Of a stretch of 64,000 nucleotides of DNA, positions 31,173 to 41,114 are shown in pieces. A program made the position numbers and the translations under genes. The notes below the pieces were generated by a model. The model was given only the letters and a program-made list of their open reading frames with translations, was not told the origin of the DNA and did no database searches. The DNA comes from Microgenomates group bacterium (GTDB taxonomy: Bacteria > Patescibacteriota > Microgenomatia > Daviesbacterales > UBA10151), in assembly GCA_041659805.1 (NCBI GenBank), contig JBAZXP010000001.1, positions 320,589-384,588 of the forward strand, read 5' to 3'. How positions within the stretch are numbered: the stretch's first letter is position 1; each line of letters opens with the position of its first letter.

Positions 31173-32363
31173 ATGCGGGTTGATGACGTCTCTTTAAAAA
31201 TAATTCCTGATTCCCGGGGTAAAGATACCTTAGAAGCAACTTTAAAATCCGGAGATATTTCCGTTTCTTCCTCAGTACCATCAGGTAAAAGTACTGGTAT
31301 AAATGAAGTTTTTGTTTTAGATCCTGATACGGCACTTTTAAAATTCGAGGATGATTTAAAAGAAGGTATTTTACTTCACGACTTTGAATCACTTGAACAA
31401 TTTGATAATTATTTAATCAACTGTGATAGCACAGATAATAAAAAAGATTTAGGTGGAAATATGATGTTGGCTTTAAGTATTGGTTTTACAAAATTACTAG
31501 CAAAATCACAGAATAAGGAAATCTATCAGCTAATTGCTGAAATTGGTAATAATAAAATAGAAAAATTACCGCTATGTTTTTTTAATGTAATAAATGGGGG
31601 ATTACATGCTAAAGATTCTTTGCCTTTTCAGGAATATATGTTTGTCCCTCAAAATGTTTTACCTTCTGAAAATTTAAACTCTGTAATGTTACTTTTAAAA
31701 GTTTTGGGAGATACTATTCAAAAAAAATATGAACATTTGAGAATGGGGGATGAGGGAGGATATGAGGTACCAGAGAAAGATCCTGAAATTGGATTAAAGA
31801 TTCTGACTGAAGCAATAAAAGAAAGCAATCAGGAAAAAAGCAAGATAAGCTTGGACGTTGCTGCTTCATCATTTTTTAAAGATGGATTATATTTAGTTGG
31901 AGACAATGTGCAAACTAAAGACCAGCTATTAGATCTTTATCAAATACTAAATACAAAATACCAAATACTATCTATAGAAGATCCATTTGATGAAAAAGAT
32001 GAAGATGGGTTTCAAAAAATAGTAGAAAAAATAGGTAATCAGGTTTGGATTGTGGGTGATGATTTAACTACTACTAATACTGAACGCATTAAAATAATGG
32101 AAGATAAAAAAGCCTGTAATGCTGTCATCATAAAACCAAATCAAATTGGAACTGTGAGCGAGGCTTTGGAAGCTGTAAGACTTGCACAGACGTTTGGTTG
32201 GAAAGTGATTGTGTCACACCGATCAGGTGAAACAATGGATACATTTATTGCAGATTTAGCAGTGGGAGTTGGAGCAGATGGGTTAAAATCAGGATGCCCA
32301 TTACAAAAAGAACGTTTGGTTAAATATCAGAGATTAATTGAAATAGAAAAACAATTGGCTTAA
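31173..32363 (+). CDS. eno: Enolase
   Basis: DSRG, PSG.STG, NGG.H, GDEGG, EDPF, VGDDL, KPNQIG, SHRSGET. Confidence 0.96.
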   Translation: MRVDDVSLKIIPDSRGKDTLEATLKSGDISVSSSVPSGKSTGINEVFVLDPDTALLKFEDDLKEGILLHDFESLEQFDNYLINCDSTDNKKDLGGNMMLALSIGFTKLLAKSQNKEIYQLIAEIGNNKIEKLPLCFFNVINGGLHAKDSLPFQEYMFVPQNVLPSENLNSVMLLLKVLGDTIQKKYEHLRMGDEGGYEVPEKDPEIGLKILTEAIKESNQEKSKISLDVAASSFFKDGLYLVGDNVQTKDQLLDLYQILNTKYQILSIEDPFDEKDEDGFQKIVEKIGNQVWIVGDDLTTTNTERIKIMEDKKACNAVIIKPNQIGTVSEALEAVRLAQTFGWKVIVSHRSGETMDTFIADLAVGVGADGLKSGCPLQKERLVKYQRLIEIEKQLA

Positions 32364-33163
32364 GAAAGAAGCACTCCGCCGTCAACCACAATTTGAGAAC
32401 CTGTCATATAAGATGACATATCAGAGGCGAGAAAGAGGGTAACTTTTCCGATATCATCTGGTTCTCCCATTTTATGCATCGGGATTTTTGCCATAAAGGC
32501 TTCAATCATTTTTGCTGGATCAACGCTCGGATCTTTCGGTGCGCCAGACTGCAGTTTTGTGACACCAGGTGTGGCAATTCCTCCAGGAGCTATCGCATTA
32601 ACCCAAATTTTATGTTGTGATAATTCCAAAGCAGAGTTTTTGGTAAAACCCCAAAGCCCATGTTTGGAAGCGTCATATGCAGCCAGCCCCACCATGGAAG
32701 GATGAAGGGCGTCAATTGAAGTAATATTAATAATTTTTCCGCCATTTCCTTGTTTGATCATCTGCTCTGAGGAGTATTTTGTAGTTAAAAAAACTCCCTT
32801 GAGATTAACTGATATAATTTTTTCAAACTGTTCAGAGGTCATAGATGAAACAGGGGCATTGGGATAAATGCCTGCATTATTAACTAAAATATCAATCGAT
32901 CCAAAATCAGAAACAGTTTGAGTAATTAAACTTTTAACATTTTCCTCATCTGAAACATCGGTTTTAAATGCTTTTACTTTATATCCTTTGGCTGTTAAAT
33001 CAGCAACAGCTTTATTTGAATCTTCTTCTGATAAATCTGCAATCATAACATTTGCTCCTGCTTCAGCTAACCTCGCTGTAATTCCTAAACCAATACCCAT
33101 AGCTCCACCAGTAACAATAGCTGTTTTTCCTGTTAAATCTAATAATTTATCAACTGTTAACAT
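32360..33163 (-). CDS. Short-chain dehydrogenase/reductase
   Basis: TGGAMGIG, NNAG, YDASK catalytic motif, VDGG. Confidence 0.95.
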   Translation of the reverse strand: MLTVDKLLDLTGKTAIVTGGAMGIGLGITARLAEAGANVMIADLSEEDSNKAVADLTAKGYKVKAFKTDVSDEENVKSLITQTVSDFGSIDILVNNAGIYPNAPVSSMTSEQFEKIISVNLKGVFLTTKYSSEQMIKQGNGGKIINITSIDALHPSMVGLAAYDASKHGLWGFTKNSALELSQHKIWVNAIAPGGIATPGVTKLQSGAPKDPSVDPAKMIEAFMAKIPMHKMGEPDDIGKVTLFLASDMSSYMTGSQIVVDGGVLLS

Positions 33164-33167
33164 AAAT

Positions 33168-33434
33168 TTATATTGGCCAGACTTGTTTGCCTGTTTCTAT
33201 ATCTATTACAATTATAGCTTGAGTTGGACAGGCTTGTGCAGCTAGTAAAATATTCTCTGGGGAATCAGTGTTTCCTTCTGTGATCACAGCTTTTTTCTCA
33301 TCATCCAGGGTAAAAGTAGCAGGTGCAACTCCAATACAAGCAGCAGCTCCAATACAAAGAGAACGGATTACCTTAACTTTATATTTTCCAAGAATAACTT
33401 CTTTATCTGCTACCTGATTTGTTTGATCATCCAT
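33168..33434 (-). CDS. Single-cluster ferredoxin
   Basis: CIGAAAC...P..F...AAQACPTQAI; ATG 33434 preferred. Confidence 0.9.
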   Translation of the reverse strand: MDDQTNQVADKEVILGKYKVKVIRSLCIGAAACIGVAPATFTLDDEKKAVITEGNTDSPENILLAAQACPTQAIIVIDIETGKQVWPI

Positions 33435-33497
33435 CACTATTACATTAATTGTTTTAATAACTATTTTCAAGTCAGCATATTGGTATAATATTTAAAC

Positions 33498-34364
33498 ATG
33501 CTTGAAAAAATTTCTTCTTTTATCTTGGTGCTAATTGCAGGTATTTTGGTAAATTTGCCGATTGATTTTAATAAATATGATCTGCCACCAACCTTAAGTT
33601 ATTATATTCGTACCATTGCTCCTTGTGCGCATCCAATTTATTATAAAATCGGTACAATCGATTCAATGTTTAATATTTCAACGGAAGAGGTGATAAAAGA
33701 TGCAGAGTTAGGTGCAGCTTTATGGAGTGGGGCAGCAGGTAAACAACTTTTTGTTTATGATCCAAAAGGATCTTTAACTATTAATTTGGTTTATGATGAA
33801 AGACAATCAATAAGTTCACAAATAAGTGTTAAAGAAACGCAACTTCAACAGGCAAAATCACAACTTACTCCAAACGAAGAAAAATATAATAGCTTAGTAG
33901 CTGATTTTAAAACCCGCGTTGCAGCACTTAATACCAATATTGATTATTGGAATAGTCGTGGTGGAGCCCCCCCAGATGAATATGCAAAACTAATTACAGA
34001 ACAAAATAGTTTAAAACAAAAATCTGAGGAAATAAATTCTTTGGTTACCAAATTAAATATTTCTGCCAAAGAATATAACACAATTGTTTCACAATTAAAT
34101 CAATCAGCTGAAAATTTTAATGAGGTAATTCAGGATAAGCCAGAAGAGGGATTGTATTCTCCTGCAAAAAATGAAATAGAAATATATTTAATAGTTAATC
34201 ATGATGAATTGGTTCATACTTTATCGCATGAGTTAGGACACGCTCTGGGTTTACCGCATACATTAGATAGAAACTCAATTATGAATGCTTCAACCAGTAA
34301 AACAACAACTCTTACAAAAGAAGACTTAACAGTCCTCAACAATCTTTGCTATCCTATGAAATAA
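33498..34364 (+). CDS. Matrixin (M10)-like zinc metalloprotease, exported, with coiled-coil insert
   Basis: N-terminal hydrophobic segment; HELGHALGLPH plus Met-turn SIM. Confidence 0.88.
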   Translation: MLEKISSFILVLIAGILVNLPIDFNKYDLPPTLSYYIRTIAPCAHPIYYKIGTIDSMFNISTEEVIKDAELGAALWSGAAGKQLFVYDPKGSLTINLVYDERQSISSQISVKETQLQQAKSQLTPNEEKYNSLVADFKTRVAALNTNIDYWNSRGGAPPDEYAKLITEQNSLKQKSEEINSLVTKLNISAKEYNTIVSQLNQSAENFNEVIQDKPEEGLYSPAKNEIEIYLIVNHDELVHTLSHELGHALGLPHTLDRNSIMNASTSKTTTLTKEDLTVLNNLCYPMK

Positions 34365-34378
34365 CTGAGGCTAATTTT

Positions 34379-35275
34379 TTATAATAATCCGCCTTTAAGA
34401 ATTCTAAATTTTTTATTTGTTTCCCAAACTTTTTCCAATTTGTCAAAATTATCATCTGGATTTTGCATTAATTGAGCGAGATTATCTATTTCTTCTAATT
34501 CTTCTTCAGTTAACTTATTCATTCTGTTCCAGCCATATGATGGTCCTTGTAGGTAGATAACTTCATTATTCATCAAACAATGAAAATCATGAAATAGCTC
34601 CCAACCAATAGTTACCAAACCTTGAAAACCTGATGCATCTTCAAAATGATTGCCTGCGACTTTTCCTTTTCGGACATCAATCCATGCATCTGCTGAAAAA
34701 TCAAAAGTTTTCTCAGGGATATCATAGGGATCAAATTTAAGATAATCCTCTAAACTTCCATCAATATCAACTGTGATCCATCGGGATTTTTCTTTATCCC
34801 AATATTGGTTAACCCAATGATCGTCACTTTTACCTTTCGGTAACCCTTCTACCAGAAAGTATGGAGCAAAACCAGACCTCACGCGAGCAGGAATTCCTTT
34901 AGATTTTAAAATTGATGCCATTAAAATAGCAGTAAATCTACAAGTAAGGACTAGCTTATTTTCTGTCGCCCTAGCTAATATAAAACCTCTTGGATCTCTT
35001 CTGAAAAGTTCTGTAATCATAGCTGAAACTGTTGGAAAAATATCATCCTCAGCTTGTCGATACCAAGGCACTTTAGTCATATCGCCATATCGGAGATCCT
35101 TATTTGATCCTGTATTTCCATTTTTTAAAGTAGCCCGATGAATAAGTTGTTTTCTAACTAATAATCCAATTTCCTTAATATTATCTGGCAGATTTTTTAG
35201 TAAGAGTTCTTGATATAATCCTGGATTCGTATATTCGCTAAATTGGAGATAAAAATCTAAGATTTTTTTATCCAT
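34379..35275 (-). CDS. Transglutaminase-like protein
   Basis: Cys-His-Asp triad: TCRFTA...GIPARVRSGF...DHWVNQYW...W.TVD. Confidence 0.85.
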   Translation of the reverse strand: MDKKILDFYLQFSEYTNPGLYQELLLKNLPDNIKEIGLLVRKQLIHRATLKNGNTGSNKDLRYGDMTKVPWYRQAEDDIFPTVSAMITELFRRDPRGFILARATENKLVLTCRFTAILMASILKSKGIPARVRSGFAPYFLVEGLPKGKSDDHWVNQYWDKEKSRWITVDIDGSLEDYLKFDPYDIPEKTFDFSADAWIDVRKGKVAGNHFEDASGFQGLVTIGWELFHDFHCLMNNEVIYLQGPSYGWNRMNKLTEEELEEIDNLAQLMQNPDDNFDKLEKVWETNKKFRILKGGLL

Positions 35276-35283
35276 TTAATTTT

Positions 35284-36138
35284 TTAAGTATATTTTTTGA
35301 AGAGGTCGGAGAGATCTCTGACAGCGGATTGTTCTATTAAAGGCTTATCTTTTATTTGTGGAATTTGGGATTCATAAGAAGGTTTCTTTTCTTCATATAA
35401 AATACCAAGGGCTATTTTTTTAGGGCCCCATTCTAAAGATTTATTTATTGCTTCTGCTTTATTTGTAACATCATGGCTTTCATCTAATTTATAGGTATTT
35501 GCCTGATAAAATTGATGTGTGTATTCTTTATTAAAAGTCACACATGGTTGCAAGATATCAACCAAACTCAGACCATCATGATTATTGGCTTTAATAATAA
35601 GTTCTGTGAGTCCTGGAATATCACCAGCATATCCGCGGGCAACAAAGGTGGCACCACTGGCAATTGCTAAAGTCATAGGGGAGATGGGGTAATCAGGGTT
35701 TCCGTCTGGTGTAGATTTTGTGACAAAGCCATGGGGAGAAGTAGGGGAAGTTTGCCCGACAGTTAATCCATAAATTCCATTATCATGCAAAATAATAGTT
35801 AAATTATGATTTCTTCTGCAACTATGGACAAAGTGATTTCCGCCTTCTGCCATTGAATCTCCGTCTCCGGTAAAGACAAAAACATTAAGTTTATGATTGG
35901 CAGATTTAATGCCGGTGGCAACTGGTAACGGGCGTCCATGCAATCCTTCAACTGCAGTTATTTTTGTAAAATTGCAGATATGTCCGTGACACCCAATTCC
36001 GGCAACCATCACTGAGTTGGTATTATCCCAGCCTTCCTTGACTGCAGCATTTTTAAATGCGCCCCAAATTGCAAAATCTCCACAACCAGGACACCAATTT
36101 GGTTGACATGGTGTAATTAAATCATTTAAGTTTGTCAT
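35284..36138 (-). CDS. korB: 2-oxoacid:ferredoxin oxidoreductase beta subunit
   Basis: WCPGCGDF, GIGC, LHGR.LP, TPP motif GDGD...N, YGLT.GQ.SPT, QPCVTFN; substrate not determinable. Confidence 0.93.
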   Translation of the reverse strand: MTNLNDLITPCQPNWCPGCGDFAIWGAFKNAAVKEGWDNTNSVMVAGIGCHGHICNFTKITAVEGLHGRPLPVATGIKSANHKLNVFVFTGDGDSMAEGGNHFVHSCRRNHNLTIILHDNGIYGLTVGQTSPTSPHGFVTKSTPDGNPDYPISPMTLAIASGATFVARGYAGDIPGLTELIIKANNHDGLSLVDILQPCVTFNKEYTHQFYQANTYKLDESHDVTNKAEAINKSLEWGPKKIALGILYEEKKPSYESQIPQIKDKPLIEQSAVRDLSDLFKKYT

Positions 36139-37850
36139 TTTAATAATTCCTTTATTTTTTCAATTACTTCTTCCGGGTAAATTGGGCGCCCATCATATTT
36201 TAATAATTTATTAGATATTTCTATACCGGTTTTTTCTCTGATAACCTCAGCTAATTGTCCGCTGAAATTACATTCAATATCAAGAAGGATTTTTGCGTTA
36301 TCCAAAATTTCTTTAGCGTCAAGTGGAAAAGGACTCATGTGGGTAATGTGTAAAAAATTAACATTTTCAAAACTTTTAATTGCTTGTAAAATAGCTCCTT
36401 TATTTGATCCCCACGAAATGATTGTTAAGTCTGCTTCTTTGGGACCAAACATTTGTTGTTTTGGCATTTCCTTCAAAAATGAATCATTTTTGCTCATTCT
36501 TTTTTGCATAGAAGCGATTCTTGCATCACTACTTTCGGTTGAATATCCATACTCATCATGTTCATCAGAATTACCAATAAAGAAATTACCAGATCCTGGA
36601 ATTGATCTAAGTGAAACACCGTCAGGGGAGTCAGCAAATCTTTTATAATCATTAATTTTCTCAGTTGAAAATTTTCCCCTGTTAACCTCTTCTTTATTTT
36701 GTGCAAAGATGGGGTAACTTTGGTCTCCCTCACAAATATTTTTATCAACAATTAAAATCACTGGTGTTTGAAATTTATCTGCTATATCAAAAGCCTGTCT
36801 TGTTAAATTAAAGGCTTCCTCTGAGTCGCCTGCCGCAAGTACAATTCTGGGAAAATCTCCTTGATGGGCATGTAACATCATTTTTAAATCTCCTTGATCG
36901 CTCCAGGTAGGCAGGCCGGTGGCAGGCCCTGGTCTCATGCCTTCAATAATAACTAAAGGAGTTTCAATATTAGCAGCCAGCCCATATCCTTCCGCCATTA
37001 AACAAAATCCACCTCCAGAAGTTGCAACCATAGACCTACAACCAGCAAACGATGCACCAATTGCCATATTAATGGCAGCAATTTCATCTTCTGGTTGTTT
37101 ATAAATAAACCTGTATTTTTGTTGGTTTTCTGCTAACACTGTTAAAATATTGGAAGTTGGAGTCATGGGATAAATGGCAGCATATTGTAAACCGGAAGCG
37201 ATGGCGCTTAAGGCAATTGCTTCATTTCCGTTAACAATCATTTTTGCAGTGATATTTTCTAAGGGATTTAATGTAGATAAGATTTTTTCTTTGAAAGTTT
37301 GTTGGACAAAATCAAAACCCGCTTTGGCTGCTTTGATATTTTGTTCTGCAATCTCTCCAGTGAATGACTCATTGATTAAATTATTTAAAATTTCTAAATC
37401 ACCACCCAATAGAGCAATAGCAGAACCAAGAGCTACAGTATTCAACATAATCTTGCTTCCATCTGCTTTGATTGCGAGTTCTGATAGGGGAACCGGTAAA
37501 AGGTTAACTTCTTTTGATATTTTTGAAGTATCAAGTCCATCAGAACCGTCAAATAAAACAAATGAGTTAGGAATTAATTCCTCAAGATGTTTATCAATAG
37601 TTTCTTGGTTTAGGGCAATTAAAAAATTAGTGTGTTTTTGGGGAGCAGTAACTGGATCTTTATCAATGCATATTTGCATGATGTTGTGACCGCCACGAAT
37701 GAGTGATGGATATTCAGTATAGGTATAAATATTGTAACCTGAGCGAGTGGCAACTTTTGCGAGCATTAAACCTGCTGATTTTATTCCCTGTCCTGCTTGT
37801 CCGCCTATTTTAAGACTGAATATTTGCATTTGTGAATCTAAATTTACCAT
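36135..37850 (-). CDS. korA: 2-oxoacid:ferredoxin oxidoreductase alpha subunit (gamma-alpha fusion)
   Basis: GGQAGQGI, YPSLIRGGH, GNEA, YPMTP, EDEIAA, ATSGGG, RPGPATGLPT. Confidence 0.93.
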   Translation of the reverse strand: MVNLDSQMQIFSLKIGGQAGQGIKSAGLMLAKVATRSGYNIYTYTEYPSLIRGGHNIMQICIDKDPVTAPQKHTNFLIALNQETIDKHLEELIPNSFVLFDGSDGLDTSKISKEVNLLPVPLSELAIKADGSKIMLNTVALGSAIALLGGDLEILNNLINESFTGEIAEQNIKAAKAGFDFVQQTFKEKILSTLNPLENITAKMIVNGNEAIALSAIASGLQYAAIYPMTPTSNILTVLAENQQKYRFIYKQPEDEIAAINMAIGASFAGCRSMVATSGGGFCLMAEGYGLAANIETPLVIIEGMRPGPATGLPTWSDQGDLKMMLHAHQGDFPRIVLAAGDSEEAFNLTRQAFDIADKFQTPVILIVDKNICEGDQSYPIFAQNKEEVNRGKFSTEKINDYKRFADSPDGVSLRSIPGSGNFFIGNSDEHDEYGYSTESSDARIASMQKRMSKNDSFLKEMPKQQMFGPKEADLTIISWGSNKGAILQAIKSFENVNFLHITHMSPFPLDAKEILDNAKILLDIECNFSGQLAEVIREKTGIEISNKLLKYDGRPIYPEEVIEKIKELLK

Positions 37851-37851
37851 A

Positions 37852-40716
37852 TTATATTTTTTCTGTATAGATACGTTCTTTTTTAATATTACGCGATAAC
37901 AAAATTTTGCTGGCGTCTTGAATCATTTGTATATTTCCGCAAAGATAAGCTGCACATTCACTGGCATCTGTAATGTTTTGATCTACCAGTTGAGTAATAA
38001 ATCCTGCTGGTCCATGCCATGAATTATCCGGTTTCCAAACGGCGATCTTAAATTTAAAGTTGGGATAATCTAAAGAAATCTTTTGAAAATAATCATTCCA
38101 GAATAAATCGTAAGGATAACTTAAACCAAAATACAGTGTCATTGGCATTTTACTTCCATGTTCTTTTAAGGCGGATTCAATCTGATATCTTAAGGGGGCA
38201 ACACCAGAGCCAGTTCCCAAAAAGAGAAGGCGTTTGGCTCCGTCATCCATATTAAGTACAAAATTACCAAATGGTCCAAGATAGGTAATTTCATCGCCCA
38301 CTTTTATTTTTTCAAAATATTGGGAACCGAGTCCTCCCGGTTTTATATCCACGAGCAAGTTAAATCGGTTTGGTTTTGGGTGAGAGACAATAGAATAAGC
38401 GTTTATTTTTGTAGGGTTTATTTTAACACTGATATATTGACCCGGCTTAGAGAGTAATGGTTTTTCTGTTTCAAATTCCAGAAAATGATAAGTACTGGCA
38501 AGTACATCGTGTGATAAAACTTTGGCTGTTTGAAATTGAATTTTGGAAGGAGTTTTTAATGTTTGCTGAGTATTTTTTAGCAAAACTTTGGTGTCAACTG
38601 CCCATGTTCCTTCATGGGTGACAATCAGCGGATTAATTTCCATTTCAGAAATATCAGATACGCTTTCTACTAATCTGCAGAGTTGTACGATGATTTCGAA
38701 AAGCTTATCTAAATTGTACGGATCTTCTCCTCGATAACCTTTAAGGATTACGGATATTTTAGAACCCTCCACAATTTGTTTTGCCTTTTTCAGGTCAATT
38801 GGAAGTAGGGATAGATTATGATCTGCAATTAATTCCGCATAAGTCCCTCCTGAACCGAAAAGTAAAATCGGTCCAAAGGTGGGATCATGTTTTATTCCGA
38901 CAATGACTTCAATACCGTTATTAATTTGTTTTTGAATTTGAATTTGGGTTGTATTTTGAATATTTTCATCCAACTTTAAAATATTTCGTTTCAGATTTTC
39001 CATTGCTATGCTTACTTCTTCTTTATTTTGAATATTGGTAATTACTCCTTGAATATCTTTTTTATGTAATAAATTAGGTGAAGAAACTTTTAATACAACA
39101 GGATATCCATTTTGGGTTGCAAAAGAGGCTGTGTCTTCTGGTGTGGATACGATTTGAGAAGGCGGAGTAGGGATGTTACTTAATACTGAAATTTGATTAG
39201 CTTTATCATTAGATAAAGCAGGTAGATTTTCGGCAACGCCTTTTTGAATAATTTCTTTTATTTGGGATAGATTTATTTGAGGCTCAGTTTGATTTATTGA
39301 TACCACTTCTTGTTCAGACTGCCATTTTTTAAAACGCCACATATCTCCGACAACGGCAACAGCTCTCTCCGGATACCTGAAAGAAGGAACCAGATATTCA
39401 TTCAGAACCCGTTTACCTTCTGTTAACATACCTCCTCCGATAAAAGAACAAAAAATCGGTTTTTGATATTTTTTAGATAAATTTCCGATAGCTTCAGCGG
39501 TTTCTTTCGGTTGGGTCATTATTTGAGGGGTCAAAATGACTATTAAAACATCCGCATTACTGGTTTGCAGGACAATCTCTATTGCATTTGAGAATCTATC
39601 TGATAAAGCGTCGCCGAGAACATCTATGGGATTGTGGATGTTTGATGATTTTGGCAATACTCCGGCTAATTTTTCTTTAGTTTCATCACTAAACTCGACC
39701 AGTTCCAGACCGGCTTCGCTGATTGTGTCTGTTGCCAATACTCCGGGTCCTCCGGCATTGGTAATTATGGCTACCTTCGGTCCTAATGGAAGATTTTCAA
39801 ATGAAAAAGCCCGGGAAAGATCAAAAAAGTCTTCTAAAGTATCGGCGCGTATTATATGTGCTTCTTTTAAAACTTCTTCTAAAACATTATCAGCCCCAGC
39901 AATAGCTCCTGTATGTGACTGCATGGCAGAGGCTGCTGCTTCTGTTTTACCGGGTTTTAAAATATAAATTGGGTTTGTTTTTGAAATTTTTTTTGTAATT
40001 TCTAAAAATTTTGGTCCATCAGAAATTGATTCCAAATACATTCCGATAGGATGGTTGCTTGAAAGCCCTTCTATCTTTTTGCTTTGTTCTGGGGAGGTTT
40101 CAAGAGTTTCGAAATATTCTAAAATATCATTTTCACTCAGATCTGCTTTATTTCCTAAAGTAATAAATTCGCTAAATCCGATTCCTGTTGTTTTAAACCA
40201 ATCAAATAAAGATGCAGCAATTGCACCTGATTGTGAAATAAAGCGAGAATTTCCAGTTGTATTAACTAATTCTCCAAAGGTTGCATTAATCGGGCAGAAA
40301 TTATTTATAAATCCTAAACAATTTGGTCCTAATAAATTAATTCTGTATTTTTTGGCAATACCTATCAGGTCGTTTTCCAGTTTTAAACCCTCATGGCCTT
40401 CTTCCCTGAATCCGGCAGCAATAGTCAGAACATTTTTAATTCCTTTTTCTCCTATTTCAGTTAAAACCTCTAGGTTTTTTGCTGCAGGGATTGCAATGAT
40501 TGCTAAATCCGGAACTTCCGGGATGTCCGTTACATTCTTATAACACTTAAGTCCTTGAATCATTTCAGAACTTGGATTAATGGGATAAATTTGTCCGGTA
40601 AATTTAGAACCTATGATATTTTGAAGGAGAATAGCGCCTATTTTTTTAAGGTCATCTGATGCGCCGATAACGCATATAGATTTAGGAGAAAAAAGAGCTG
40701 ACAGATTTCTGGGCAT
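37852..40716 (-). CDS. ADP-forming acetate-CoA ligase (alpha+beta) fused to a C-terminal ferredoxin-NAD(P)+ reductase-like domain
   Basis: GPNCLG, SQSGA, GNKAD, SHTGAIAG, NAGGPG, NPIDVLGD, GYPVVLK..HK.D, EINPL; then PGQY, YSI, GPFG.F, GTGSGVAP, YLCG. Confidence 0.92.
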   Translation of the reverse strand: MPRNLSALFSPKSICVIGASDDLKKIGAILLQNIIGSKFTGQIYPINPSSEMIQGLKCYKNVTDIPEVPDLAIIAIPAAKNLEVLTEIGEKGIKNVLTIAAGFREEGHEGLKLENDLIGIAKKYRINLLGPNCLGFINNFCPINATFGELVNTTGNSRFISQSGAIAASLFDWFKTTGIGFSEFITLGNKADLSENDILEYFETLETSPEQSKKIEGLSSNHPIGMYLESISDGPKFLEITKKISKTNPIYILKPGKTEAAASAMQSHTGAIAGADNVLEEVLKEAHIIRADTLEDFFDLSRAFSFENLPLGPKVAIITNAGGPGVLATDTISEAGLELVEFSDETKEKLAGVLPKSSNIHNPIDVLGDALSDRFSNAIEIVLQTSNADVLIVILTPQIMTQPKETAEAIGNLSKKYQKPIFCSFIGGGMLTEGKRVLNEYLVPSFRYPERAVAVVGDMWRFKKWQSEQEVVSINQTEPQINLSQIKEIIQKGVAENLPALSNDKANQISVLSNIPTPPSQIVSTPEDTASFATQNGYPVVLKVSSPNLLHKKDIQGVITNIQNKEEVSIAMENLKRNILKLDENIQNTTQIQIQKQINNGIEVIVGIKHDPTFGPILLFGSGGTYAELIADHNLSLLPIDLKKAKQIVEGSKISVILKGYRGEDPYNLDKLFEIIVQLCRLVESVSDISEMEINPLIVTHEGTWAVDTKVLLKNTQQTLKTPSKIQFQTAKVLSHDVLASTYHFLEFETEKPLLSKPGQYISVKINPTKINAYSIVSHPKPNRFNLLVDIKPGGLGSQYFEKIKVGDEITYLGPFGNFVLNMDDGAKRLLFLGTGSGVAPLRYQIESALKEHGSKMPMTLYFGLSYPYDLFWNDYFQKISLDYPNFKFKIAVWKPDNSWHGPAGFITQLVDQNITDASECAAYLCGNIQMIQDASKILLSRNIKKERIYTEKI

Positions 40717-40798
40717 TAATCTAGTTTAATTGATTAAAGCGTTCTTTATCAAGCATGTACAAAGATTTTATGATTTAATAATAGGGGAGGTGAATAAT

Positions 40799-41059
40799 AT
40801 GAAGTTAGATAAAAATAAAACAGCATTGAGTGTGGGTGTATTTATGGGAGTAATGCATATAGGATGGTCGACTTTGGTTGCCCTAGGGTTAGCTCAAACA
40901 CTGATGGATAAAATATATGGGCTACATTTCCTAAACAATCCATTTAATGTAATGAGTTTTGACTTAACAACTGCAGCAATATTAGTGGTTGTTACATTTG
41001 TTGTAGGGTTGGTTATGGGTTGGCTTTTTGCCTATATCTGGAATCAGTTAGTAAAGTAA
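40799..41059 (+). CDS. Small two-TM membrane protein
   Basis: Strong SD GGGGAGGTGA before ATG 40799; two hydrophobic helices. Confidence 0.8.
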   Translation: MKLDKNKTALSVGVFMGVMHIGWSTLVALGLAQTLMDKIYGLHFLNNPFNVMSFDLTTAAILVVVTFVVGLVMGWLFAYIWNQLVK

Positions 41060-41114
41060 AAAAATAAGTATTTTTTTGAAAAAGTGTGCGTAAAAGAGTA
41101 TAATTACTCTTAAG

